The position numbers and the translations under genes are program-made. The notes beneath the pieces were generated by a model. The model made no database searches, had not been told where the DNA came from, and was given only the letters and a program-made list of their open reading frames with translations. From NCBI GenBank assembly GCA_002083485.1, contig LWDK01000030.1, positions 294,091 through 358,090 of the forward strand: a DNA stretch of 64,000 nt, written 5' to 3'. This stretch comes from Proteobacteria bacterium SG_bin7 (GTDB lineage: Bacteria > Bdellovibrionota > Bdellovibrionia > Bdellovibrionales > SG-bin7). This document shows positions 28,782-37,405 of this stretch, piece after piece. Each line of letters starts with the position of its first letter. Position 1 is the first letter of the stretch.

Positions 28782-29669
28782 TTATTTTGCCTTCTCAGCT
28801 TTAAATCGAGCAATAAGATCTTCATTAATAGATTCTTTAATAGCTTGCCAACTTAAATGCCGGTTAGAGCTACCAAAAAATTTCAAATAGCGAGAATCAA
28901 TTTCAGCTAACGTCGCCGCCAACAAATTTTTCCAAACCGAAAGTAGTTTGGCTTGATTGTTTAGATTAGATTCCAATTCAGATCGCCACAAATAATCTCG
29001 TACCGGATTTAGCAGGGAATGGGTACTCTTGGTATTTTTGAGATCCAAATGTCTAAAGTTTCGAAGATCATTATCATCACAGTCTTGTTTTACCATAACT
29101 CGAAAAACATCTGCGAGGAGTTCGTCATAAGATTCCAATAGCAAATTGAGGTTGTGACCGTACCATCCATCGGCTTTTTCAACAACTTCTTTGCCGTAGA
29201 CTCTAAGCACTTCATTCATCGATTCTCGAGACTTTAAAAAAATTTGATTTAAAAAAACACTTTCTTTTCCAGCCGCTGTTTTATCTAAATGAAGATGAAA
29301 AATTTCGTGGCCATACTCGTGCCAAAAAATAGATTTGATTTTCTCAATGCGCATTCCACGATTACCGACCTGGATGTCAATCCGGTCTTCGCTCCTTTCG
29401 CCATTAAAGGCGTCATCGGAAACATCGACAATGACCCGAATTTTTACGGGAAATTTCACCGCGAAGGGAGATGCCGCTTCCGTTGCCACCTTTACCGCCC
29501 GGCCGAAATCGCTTTCAAAGTCTTTTGAAAAATATTCTTCCAATTCGTTATCACTATTTTCGACAATCAACGAGAATTTTGCATTGCCGGTACCGACAAC
29601 TGTTTGAGAATATCCCTGGGTCACGGTAAAAATATAAAATATAATTGCGAGAATGCGAATTGTTCGCAT
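28782..29669 (-). CDS. secreted putative zinc metallopeptidase (HExxH)
   Basis: Signal peptide from the Met at 29669 (MRTIRILAIIFYIFTVTQG). FWHEYGHEIFH motif. No further family assignment is possible. Confidence 0.5.
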   Translation of the reverse strand: MRTIRILAIIFYIFTVTQGYSQTVVGTGNAKFSLIVENSDNELEEYFSKDFESDFGRAVKVATEAASPFAVKFPVKIRVIVDVSDDAFNGERSEDRIDIQVGNRGMRIEKIKSIFWHEYGHEIFHLHLDKTAAGKESVFLNQIFLKSRESMNEVLRVYGKEVVEKADGWYGHNLNLLLESYDELLADVFRVMVKQDCDDNDLRNFRHLDLKNTKSTHSLLNPVRDYLWRSELESNLNNQAKLLSVWKNLLAATLAEIDSRYLKFFGSSNRHLSWQAIKESINEDLIARFKAEKAK

Positions 29670-29676
29670 GGCCTGA

Positions 29677-30345
29677 CTATTCCACCTTGACAAGGTGATA
29701 TTGAATCGCGATATACGAGCTCACACCGTTTTTCATAGTATGGCCACGAAGTTCATAAGCCTCATTACTCAATTTATAGAAAGCGTAGTTCACACCGAAC
29801 TTGCTAAAAAATTCCTTTAAGTTGTTTGTCCCTGTCGGCGTTGTCGGAAGTTTTGAATTAAATTCCACTTTGCCATCAACAAGCTTCAACAAAATGTTTT
29901 TCGATTCAAGACGATTCCCTTTATCAGAAATCTCAATCTTTTTTAAAGCTGGAATACTCGATTCAAAATTCGAAGCTGTTGATCTCTTTTTGATATCGAC
30001 ACAATGAACCCGGGTTTTTATGGCTTCGCGACGAGCATCGTCAAACTCCTCGGAAACGTGAACTTTATCTTGTACGTCACCCTTCTTATCTAATTTTTCA
30101 ACATAGACTTTCGCTGAATCAAATAAAAGAATTCCTTTCGGCAACTCTTTTTCATCAAAAATTGGTTTTTTTTCCGCAATTTCAAGTGAGAATGGCTTTG
30201 TTTGGCAAGAGTCATCAGCGACCGCAACATTTCCAACGCTATTGACGTCAGTGTGTTGACACGCCCAAAGCAACACAAACGAAATGATTGGAATTATAAT
30301 TTTGTTGAAATCGTCCTGGGTAAATTCACGCATATTCAATTTCAT
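29677..30345 (-). CDS. hypothetical lipoprotein
   Basis: Lipobox-like FVLLWAC. 222 aa with no known motif. Directly upstream of the HExxH gene on the same strand. Confidence 0.5.
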   Translation of the reverse strand: MKLNMREFTQDDFNKIIIPIISFVLLWACQHTDVNSVGNVAVADDSCQTKPFSLEIAEKKPIFDEKELPKGILLFDSAKVYVEKLDKKGDVQDKVHVSEEFDDARREAIKTRVHCVDIKKRSTASNFESSIPALKKIEISDKGNRLESKNILLKLVDGKVEFNSKLPTTPTGTNNLKEFFSKFGVNYAFYKLSNEAYELRGHTMKNGVSSYIAIQYHLVKVE

Positions 30346-30524
30346 AACACTCTTATATAGAGCAATAGCAATACCATAATCGAGTCCTGTAAAAAATCCA
30401 TAACTGATTGAAATTACGCCGCTTTAGTAGAATTCTTAGGCATCAAATCTGTCGACTCGGTTTACAGAGCGACCAATTTTGCGGTCATTTAAGCTTTATC
30501 TAACGTTTTCCGATAGTTAATGCA

Positions 30525-32345
30525 ATGGCAGCAAGGCATCTCCGAGAAGACTCCTACAGTGATTTTGCCAAACTCAACGGCCAACATCCGTGGCAGGAAA
30601 TTTTACCCGAAAGTTGTGTCATGTACCCCGTGCGCAACCTACCACAAGGAGAAGTTGTTTATTTTAATTTTAGCCTTGCCAAAGAAATGGGATTAATTCC
30701 TAAAAACCATCCGCACGAGCTAAACAAAATTTTAGAGAAAAAAATTCTAGACACTTTCTGTGTGCAAATAATTAATGATTACGATCAAAAGAAAAATAAT
30801 TTTTCAAAAGAAATAATCGATCATTCCAATAAATATATGGCCACACGATACTTGCAACTTCAGCACAATAGCAAAACTGGAAAGACATCAGGCGACGGCC
30901 GAAGTATTTGGAATGGCTACATTGAATACAATGGAAAATCTTGGGATGTTAGTTCGCGTGGAACTGGAGTTACTTCACTCGCCCCTGGTTATGTGGATGC
31001 AGGAAAACCTATACCTACAGGATGTACCAGTTTTGGGTACGCTTGCGGGCAAGCGGATTTAGACGAACTGCTTGGCTCAGCTCTCATGTCAGAAATTTTT
31101 CACCGCCAAAACCTAAAAACTGAACGGGTTCTTACAGTTATTAAAACCGATCACGACCTTGGAATCGGCGTGCGTGCGGCCCCGAACCTCGTTCGGCCGG
31201 CTCACATATTTCTACATCTAAAACAGGGAAATATTTCAGCGTTAACCAGATCCATCGATTATCTCATTGAGCGCCAGATGAAAAACAAAGAATGGGATAT
31301 TCAAGAAAAGGGAAAACAAAAATATGATTCCATGCTCAGTAAAATTTCAGCGGAATTTGCAAAATTCGCTGCACATTTAGACACCGATTACATTTTTGTT
31401 TGGCTTGATTGGGATGGAGACAATGTGCTTGCCACTGGCGGAATCATCGACTACGGATCTGTTCGACAGTTTGGAATTCGTCATGACCAATATCGCTATG
31501 ATGATGTGGATCGGTTTTCAACGACGCTAAATGAACAAAAACACAAAGCCCAAGCGATAATTCAGGTCTTTGCTCAAGCCGTGGACTTTATTAAAACTGG
31601 AAGAAAAAAGCCACTCGAAGTTTTTAAAGCTCACCCCGAAGTGATAAGGTTCGAGCAAAATTTCGAAATTTTCAGGCTTGAAAGACTTCTTTACCGTGTC
31701 GGCTTCGAGCAAAAGCAAAGTGACCTTCTCTTAAAAAAACATCTTCATCTGGTACAAGAATTCGATCGTCTTTACAAATATTTCGAACGGCGAAAAATCT
31801 CAAAGGAAATTCAGAAAGTTCCCGACGGGATTAATCGTCCAGCACTTTTTAACATGCGGCAAATGATGGTAGCCGTGACCAGCGCTTTGCTCTCTACTGA
31901 TCTTTCTAAACTCAAACAGAAAGAAATTGAAAAGTCTCTATCAACAAGTTTCTCCACATTCGCAACCAGCAAAGATAAACGAGTTTCCGCCGAAACCCGC
32001 GAACGTTTTCGCGATCTAGCGCAACGCTACCTTTATTTGGTCAATGTAACTGCGGGTCGTCGTTCGCTAAAGCGGCTCTTGGAAAGAACCCATTTTCGCT
32101 CCCAAGTCATTAACCGGGCTGATAGAATTACTGGCAACGGCATAGAGTATGTCGTAGAAGTCATTCTTGAACAACTTGATAAGAATCTTCCCCAAAAGTA
32201 TATTCAGTCGGCAATAGAAGCTTTTATTGCCAACCAAGTTCTCCTTCCCAATAAAAAGACGTGTTTAAACTACTTGCGCGGCTCATCAAAGACAGTTCTA
32301 GAGTCTATGCAAGCAGTTCTATTAGACTGCAAAGACGATCTTTGA
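30525..32345 (+). CDS. divergent SelO/YdiU-like (pseudokinase-fold AMPylase family) protein
   Basis: SGDGRSIWNGYI...SSRGTGVT...SALMSEIFHRQNLKTERVL and DWDGDNVLATGGIIDYGSVRQFG parallel the SelO blocks GDGRA..LGE, LKG.G.TP, SEAMH.LGIPTTR and NTDNMSILGLTIDYGPFGF. 606 aa, about 120 aa longer than canonical SelO. Confidence 0.5.
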   Translation: MAARHLREDSYSDFAKLNGQHPWQEILPESCVMYPVRNLPQGEVVYFNFSLAKEMGLIPKNHPHELNKILEKKILDTFCVQIINDYDQKKNNFSKEIIDHSNKYMATRYLQLQHNSKTGKTSGDGRSIWNGYIEYNGKSWDVSSRGTGVTSLAPGYVDAGKPIPTGCTSFGYACGQADLDELLGSALMSEIFHRQNLKTERVLTVIKTDHDLGIGVRAAPNLVRPAHIFLHLKQGNISALTRSIDYLIERQMKNKEWDIQEKGKQKYDSMLSKISAEFAKFAAHLDTDYIFVWLDWDGDNVLATGGIIDYGSVRQFGIRHDQYRYDDVDRFSTTLNEQKHKAQAIIQVFAQAVDFIKTGRKKPLEVFKAHPEVIRFEQNFEIFRLERLLYRVGFEQKQSDLLLKKHLHLVQEFDRLYKYFERRKISKEIQKVPDGINRPALFNMRQMMVAVTSALLSTDLSKLKQKEIEKSLSTSFSTFATSKDKRVSAETRERFRDLAQRYLYLVNVTAGRRSLKRLLERTHFRSQVINRADRITGNGIEYVVEVILEQLDKNLPQKYIQSAIEAFIANQVLLPNKKTCLNYLRGSSKTVLESMQAVLLDCKDDL

Positions 32346-32357
32346 TAAAAATATCCT

Positions 32358-33329
32358 ATGGTTATCGTAACAGGGGCCAATGGATTTATCGGTAGCGCCA
32401 TGGTTTGGCAGCTTAACTCCGCAGGTGTCGTGAACATCGTCTGCGTGGATTCGATAAATCTTAAAAAGCGAAATCAACTTCTCGCTAATAAAAAATATTC
32501 ACATTTTTGGGAAAAAAACGAGCTTATTGAAAAACTCAATTCTGGAAATTACGACAACAAGGTTGAATGGATTATTCACATGGGTGCGTGCTCATCGACT
32601 ACTGAAATGGATGTCGAATTTCTAAAAGAGAACAATACTGACTACACTCGAAAACTTTTTCAGTGGTGTACAAAACATGAAATTCCATTTTTGTATGCAA
32701 GTAGCGCCGCGGTTTACGGAAATGGGGAAAACGGCTTCGACGATCATACCCCCGCAGAGGCTTTTGAACCGTTAAATCCTTACGGTAGATCTAAATCTGA
32801 ATTTGATGTCTGGGCACTGTTACAGAAAAAGACACCTCCGCAGTGGTATGGCGTCAGGTTTTTCAACGTTTATGGCCCCAATGAATATTTCAAAGAGTCA
32901 ATGTCCAGCGTGGTTTATAAAGCTTTCCACGAAATTAACAAAACAAAGAAACTTAAGCTTTTTAAGTCCCACCGCAGTGATTACGAAGATGGAAAGCAAA
33001 AAAGAGATTTTGTTTACGTTAAGGATTGCACCAATTGGATGATGGAAATGAAGCAGAAAAAAATTCCGTCTGGGATTTACAACCTTGGATTTGGTACCGC
33101 ACGCACTTGGCTAGATCTTGCAGGAAATGTTTTTCAAAATATGAACAGAGAAATGGATATTAACTGGATCGAAATGCCAGAAAATATTCGGAAACAATAT
33201 CAATACTTCACTGAGGCCAAGATGACCAAAATGTGGAATGCAAAAATGTCCAAACCCAAATGGTCCTTGGAAGATGGCATTAAGGACTATTTGCAAAACT
33301 ACTTATTAAAAAATGAGGCCATTTTATAA
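32358..33329 (+). CDS. hldD: ADP-L-glycero-D-manno-heptose 6-epimerase
   Basis: Collinear with remembered E. coli HldD: IVTGANGFIGS, MGACSSTTE, IPFLYASSAAVYG, YGRSK, FFNVYGPNE and KRDFVYVKD. Confidence 0.85.
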   Translation: MVIVTGANGFIGSAMVWQLNSAGVVNIVCVDSINLKKRNQLLANKKYSHFWEKNELIEKLNSGNYDNKVEWIIHMGACSSTTEMDVEFLKENNTDYTRKLFQWCTKHEIPFLYASSAAVYGNGENGFDDHTPAEAFEPLNPYGRSKSEFDVWALLQKKTPPQWYGVRFFNVYGPNEYFKESMSSVVYKAFHEINKTKKLKLFKSHRSDYEDGKQKRDFVYVKDCTNWMMEMKQKKIPSGIYNLGFGTARTWLDLAGNVFQNMNREMDINWIEMPENIRKQYQYFTEAKMTKMWNAKMSKPKWSLEDGIKDYLQNYLLKNEAIL

Positions 33330-35014
33330 TGGAGCTGGAAAGTCTTGTTTCAAAGCTACCTAGACATTTAAGACGTTACATAGTTGATCAGGACTACAGC
33401 CGCTATACTCCTATCGACCAAGCCGTCTGGCGCTATATCATGCGACGGCTTACTAACTTTCTTTCAGATCACGCACACCCCGCCTACATGGAGGGACTAA
33501 ACAAAACCGGAATTGAAGTCGATCGTATCCCCGATATTGCGCGTATGAATGATTTTCTAAAAAAGTTTGGATGGCAAGCGTTGCCAGTTAGTGGATTTAT
33601 TCCACCGGCGGCATTTATGGAGCTGCAATCTCTTAGTATCCTACCAATCGCGTCTGACATGCGTACCGTAGATCATATACTTTATACCCCTGCTCCCGAT
33701 ATCGTACATGAGGCGGCTGGACACGCACCTATACTCGTTGATCCAAAATTTGCTAGCTATTTGAAAAAGTATTCTCAGGTCGCGAAAAAAGCTATTATCA
33801 GCAGTGAGGATCTAGAGCTGTATGAAGCCATCCGAGAGCTCTCCGACATTAAAGAGTCTCCAGAGAGTACCAAAGAACAAATTAAAAACGCGGAAAAACA
33901 CCTCGAAAAAGTATCTGCGAACATGACTCACGTTTCAGAAGCCGGCTTACTTGGAAGAATGAACTGGTGGACAGCGGAATATGGGTTAATTGGCGATCTA
34001 AATCACCCAAAAATTTTTGGTGCGGGACTTCTCTCATCAGTCGGAGAAGCTAAAGAATGTCTTGATCCGAAAATAAAAAAAATTCCTCTCACCGTGGATT
34101 GTATAGATTATTCCTACAATATTACCGAACCACAACCCCAACTTTTCGTTACCCCGACCTTTGAAAATCTTGAAAAGGCCCTCGAAGATCTTGCCAATAC
34201 GATGGCCTTTAGAACCGGAGGTGTAGCCGGACTCGAAAGAGCACTCCAAGCAAAAACGATTAATACTACTGAATTTAGTACCGGGCTTCAGGTTTCGGGA
34301 GTTTTAACAAAAATTTATAATCGCCGTGATTCTCATCAACCTGACTATTTGTCATTTACCGGACCGTGTACCCTCTCCCACAGAAATAAAATAATTAAGG
34401 GGCATGGACTCGACCGGCACCCCGAGGGCTTTGGGTCTCCCGTCGGGAAGATCGTCGACCTGATAAAATTTCACGTCGGCCAAAGAAGGGTAGTTGAGTT
34501 CCCGTCGGGGGTAAAAGTCGATGGCGTAATCTCTAACATTTTTCACCAAGATGGAAGAGTTTTAATTGTCACTTTTCAAAACTGCACGGTCACTTACGGC
34601 AATGAAGTTTTATTTGAACCCTCCTGGGGCGAATACGACATGGCCGTTGGCGACCGAATTGTATCCGTCTTCGGTGGGCCAGCTGATCACTCGTCTTTCG
34701 ACGATACAAAAGACTTTCCCGTGAAGGTCATTCCACGACGAAAATTTTCTATAGGAGAATTGGCCCTTCACTCACTGTATACCCGTGTACGTGAAATTCG
34801 GGAAAATAATCTTGAGGCCGAAAAAGAGTTAAGCGAAATTCTCGCCGGAGTTAAATCAAATTTTCCAAATGAATGGCTGATAGTTTTGGAAATCTACGAG
34901 TTAACGAAATCGCAAGACTCTTTAGAGGTCCTTCAAGAAATTGCCAAAAAATTTCCTGACAAAAAAGAACAAATTGAGTCCGGAATCGAAATTGCTGAAA
35001 AGAAAAAAATCTAG
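33329..35014 (+). CDS. aromatic amino acid hydroxylase (phenylalanine-4-hydroxylase-like), long form with about 250-aa C-terminal extension
   Basis: Iron-ligand motif PDIVHEAAGHAP and downstream WWTAEYGLI. The N-terminal YTPIDQAVW is typical of bacterial PAH. The start overlaps the hldD stop by 1 nt (TAATG). Confidence 0.7.
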   Translation: MELESLVSKLPRHLRRYIVDQDYSRYTPIDQAVWRYIMRRLTNFLSDHAHPAYMEGLNKTGIEVDRIPDIARMNDFLKKFGWQALPVSGFIPPAAFMELQSLSILPIASDMRTVDHILYTPAPDIVHEAAGHAPILVDPKFASYLKKYSQVAKKAIISSEDLELYEAIRELSDIKESPESTKEQIKNAEKHLEKVSANMTHVSEAGLLGRMNWWTAEYGLIGDLNHPKIFGAGLLSSVGEAKECLDPKIKKIPLTVDCIDYSYNITEPQPQLFVTPTFENLEKALEDLANTMAFRTGGVAGLERALQAKTINTTEFSTGLQVSGVLTKIYNRRDSHQPDYLSFTGPCTLSHRNKIIKGHGLDRHPEGFGSPVGKIVDLIKFHVGQRRVVEFPSGVKVDGVISNIFHQDGRVLIVTFQNCTVTYGNEVLFEPSWGEYDMAVGDRIVSVFGGPADHSSFDDTKDFPVKVIPRRKFSIGELALHSLYTRVREIRENNLEAEKELSEILAGVKSNFPNEWLIVLEIYELTKSQDSLEVLQEIAKKFPDKKEQIESGIEIAEKKKI

Positions 35015-35463
35015 TTAGCCTCTGTATTTATATGATTGCATTTCTTTATAACAACTGCATCGTGAGCGACTACTTCTGCTACCGGACTAACAAGGTCACT
35101 TAATATGATTTGTTGATTTTTGTTTCCATCCATTCTGCCTTTTAAATTGTGTGGCGCTCGAGGAGCCGGCGACGAGTATGGATCCAATTTATATTCTGAT
35201 CGGTAAGAGCTATCCTGCAAAGAAATAGTAAATGTCTTTGATCCCGCGTTGTCCGTATATACTCCTTTTAAACCCAACACCTGAGAGCTTTCATTGTCCA
35301 CAATCTCATCTACTAAGACGTTGCATTTTTCGCTATTTAAATCTGTCCCTTCCCAGCTAAATGCTGGTCGCTGATGCAAATGAGGATTATTGGCTTCGGC
35401 TAAATTGATCTGAAATGTGACGATAAATGTCAGCATTGTAAACAAAGTGGTCGCAATTTTCAT
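35011..35463 (-). CDS. hypothetical secreted protein
   Basis: 150 aa with signal-like N-terminus (TLFTMLTFIVTFQINLAEA). No motif. Confidence 0.45.
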   Translation of the reverse strand: MKIATTLFTMLTFIVTFQINLAEANNPHLHQRPAFSWEGTDLNSEKCNVLVDEIVDNESSQVLGLKGVYTDNAGSKTFTISLQDSSYRSEYKLDPYSSPAPRAPHNLKGRMDGNKNQQIILSDLVSPVAEVVAHDAVVIKKCNHINTEAN

Positions 35464-35586
35464 GCAGCGCTCCTACTAGAATAATCTTAAGGTAACAGTA
35501 TTGAGTGAGAGCAATTTAGATGCCGATTAAAAAAGAAAAGGCCCACTAAACAGTGAGCCTTGACGCACAATGGACTCGAAAAAGTC

Positions 35587-36084
35587 TCAGGCACCTTTGA
35601 TCTTCGAGCAGATGGACGGATCGGTTGGTTTGTAAATTATGTAGTGGTTGTCGTGAGAGTGTTTTCGTTGCTCCATTTGGCGCTCGGTCACCACGACAGC
35701 AATCCTGCCGTTGAGACACTCTTTGATATCAGCAAAAGCTCTTACGAAAAGTAGAAATGTATCACCGCTGACAGTACTCATGATTGCCCGCAAAGTTTTC
35801 TCAGTGTCGCCGAGAGCGCCGGAACCTTTTGCGTAGAGCTGCCCGTGCTCATCATACATTGTAACCTGAACAACTCGCACGCCATCGTCATGTCGGTAGA
35901 GGACATTGAAGTGCATTTGCGGCTGTTGACCTTTGTCGACATTCCAAGCTCCTTCGATTTGCTTCCAAGGAAATGGAATTTCCTTGCCCCATGGGAACGG
36001 CGTTTCACCACCAAGTATATGATAATCGTGAGCATTCACGGTAAGAGCGAAAAACACCAACAAACCAATGATAAAACTTCTCAT
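35587..36084 (-). CDS. hypothetical secreted protein
   Basis: 165 aa with signal peptide MRSFIIGLLVFFALTVNA. No motif. Confidence 0.5.
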   Translation of the reverse strand: MRSFIIGLLVFFALTVNAHDYHILGGETPFPWGKEIPFPWKQIEGAWNVDKGQQPQMHFNVLYRHDDGVRVVQVTMYDEHGQLYAKGSGALGDTEKTLRAIMSTVSGDTFLLFVRAFADIKECLNGRIAVVVTERQMEQRKHSHDNHYIIYKPTDPSICSKIKGA

Positions 36085-36096
36085 GTCGTCCCCTTC

Positions 36097-37200
36097 TTAG
36101 TGTTCAAGTAATATTCTTGTGTTCTTATTTAAATAATATCCGTTTTTAGCTCTAAAAATGTATTTCGGCTTTTCTGCATCCGGCTCAATCATTTGTCGTA
36201 GACGCTTAATGGTCACGTAAATCTTATTGTCGTGCACCGATGGATTATAGTCTTGTTTCCAAATCCTTTTCACCAATAATTCTTTAGAGAATGTTTCGCC
36301 GGGACTCTGCATAAAGAGATGGAGAAGATCCAACAAAATAAATTGATTTTTAAAATCAACTACACCTTGCCGACGCTCCGTTATGGTATTGCCTTTAGCG
36401 TTGAAAATAAGATCGTAATCATTGTGGGGACGAACACCAAGTGACTCGAGCTTATTATTAATATTTCTGGTCAACCATTTAAGGCTCTTCGTATCAACAA
36501 TGCCTTTCGCCAGTTTCAAATAAGTTTTTGCCATGTCGACATCGCCCATGTCTTCATAAGTCAAACCCATTCCATAAAGGAGCGAAGCAAGCATATGAAT
36601 ATTTTTTTCTTCTTTTAAAGTTTCGTAGCACTCCCACAAAATTTCCATCGCCTCATTGTGGCGATTTAATTTTCTTAAGATATGTGCATTGATCATATTT
36701 GTAGAAATTTTCAAGAGTGGTAAATCAAGAACTTCAAAAAATACCTTAAGATTATAGATTTCTTTTAATGCGTCTGAAAGACGGTCAGTCATATAGTAGA
36801 CATTTGAGACTCCAAGAATCGAATGACAAATATCTTCTTTATTGTTTTTGGTCAGAGCAATTTGCAATCCTTTTTGAAAGTAATCTAAGGCGACAGCATA
36901 TTGTTCTTTGTAAAAGGTAAACAGTCCCAACGTATAGTAGGTTCGAGAACTTAGCTCAAAACCCTCATTCAACACCAGATCTTGTAAATGCTCTTTCATC
37001 GCATTGATCTTGTCGAACTCTTCGAGTTCTGCGTACATCCGCAAAATAAAATTTTGGGCCTTCAAAAATTCATCCCAATTTTTTTCCTTTTTAAAATGTT
37101 CGCTGAGATTTGAATAATATTGGGTGGCGGTTTCAAAGTCACAGCGATCGAAGTAAAGCTTTGCGAGCTTCTGGAGGTCAGCAATTTGTTCAGCAGTCAC
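36097..37200 (-). CDS. TPR-repeat protein with C-terminal OmpR/PhoB-type winged-helix DNA-binding domain
   Basis: TPR-like repeats through the N-terminal 250 aa. The C-terminal LVKRIWKQDYNPSVHDNKIYVTIKRLRQMIEPD...YIFRAKNGYYL matches the Trans_reg_C pattern. GTG start. No receiver domain. Confidence 0.65.
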   Translation of the reverse strand: MTAEQIADLQKLAKLYFDRCDFETATQYYSNLSEHFKKEKNWDEFLKAQNFILRMYAELEEFDKINAMKEHLQDLVLNEGFELSSRTYYTLGLFTFYKEQYAVALDYFQKGLQIALTKNNKEDICHSILGVSNVYYMTDRLSDALKEIYNLKVFFEVLDLPLLKISTNMINAHILRKLNRHNEAMEILWECYETLKEEKNIHMLASLLYGMGLTYEDMGDVDMAKTYLKLAKGIVDTKSLKWLTRNINNKLESLGVRPHNDYDLIFNAKGNTITERRQGVVDFKNQFILLDLLHLFMQSPGETFSKELLVKRIWKQDYNPSVHDNKIYVTIKRLRQMIEPDAEKPKYIFRAKNGYYLNKNTRILLEH

Positions 37201-37257
37201 CGGAAAATTCCTTTTATTTTCTATAATTTGTTTTTTAAGTTCGTTTTGAAAATTTAG

Positions 37258-37284
37258 AAAGTCTTACAAAACATGTAAGACTTT
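37258..37284 (-). terminator. candidate terminator hairpin downstream of lon
   Basis: Perfect 10-bp inverted repeat AAAGTCTTAC / GTAAGACTTT with a 7-nt loop. On the minus strand it is followed by CTAAATTTTC. Confidence 0.4.
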
Positions 37285-37405
37285 GGTCAAACAATATTAA
37301 AGATTTTTTCAGAAAGGACGGTTTAGCTTAAGTGTTGGAATTTGTCCACAGTTTGTTGGCTCATCTAAGTCATTGAAATATAAAATGAACCAACAAACTT
37401 AAGAA

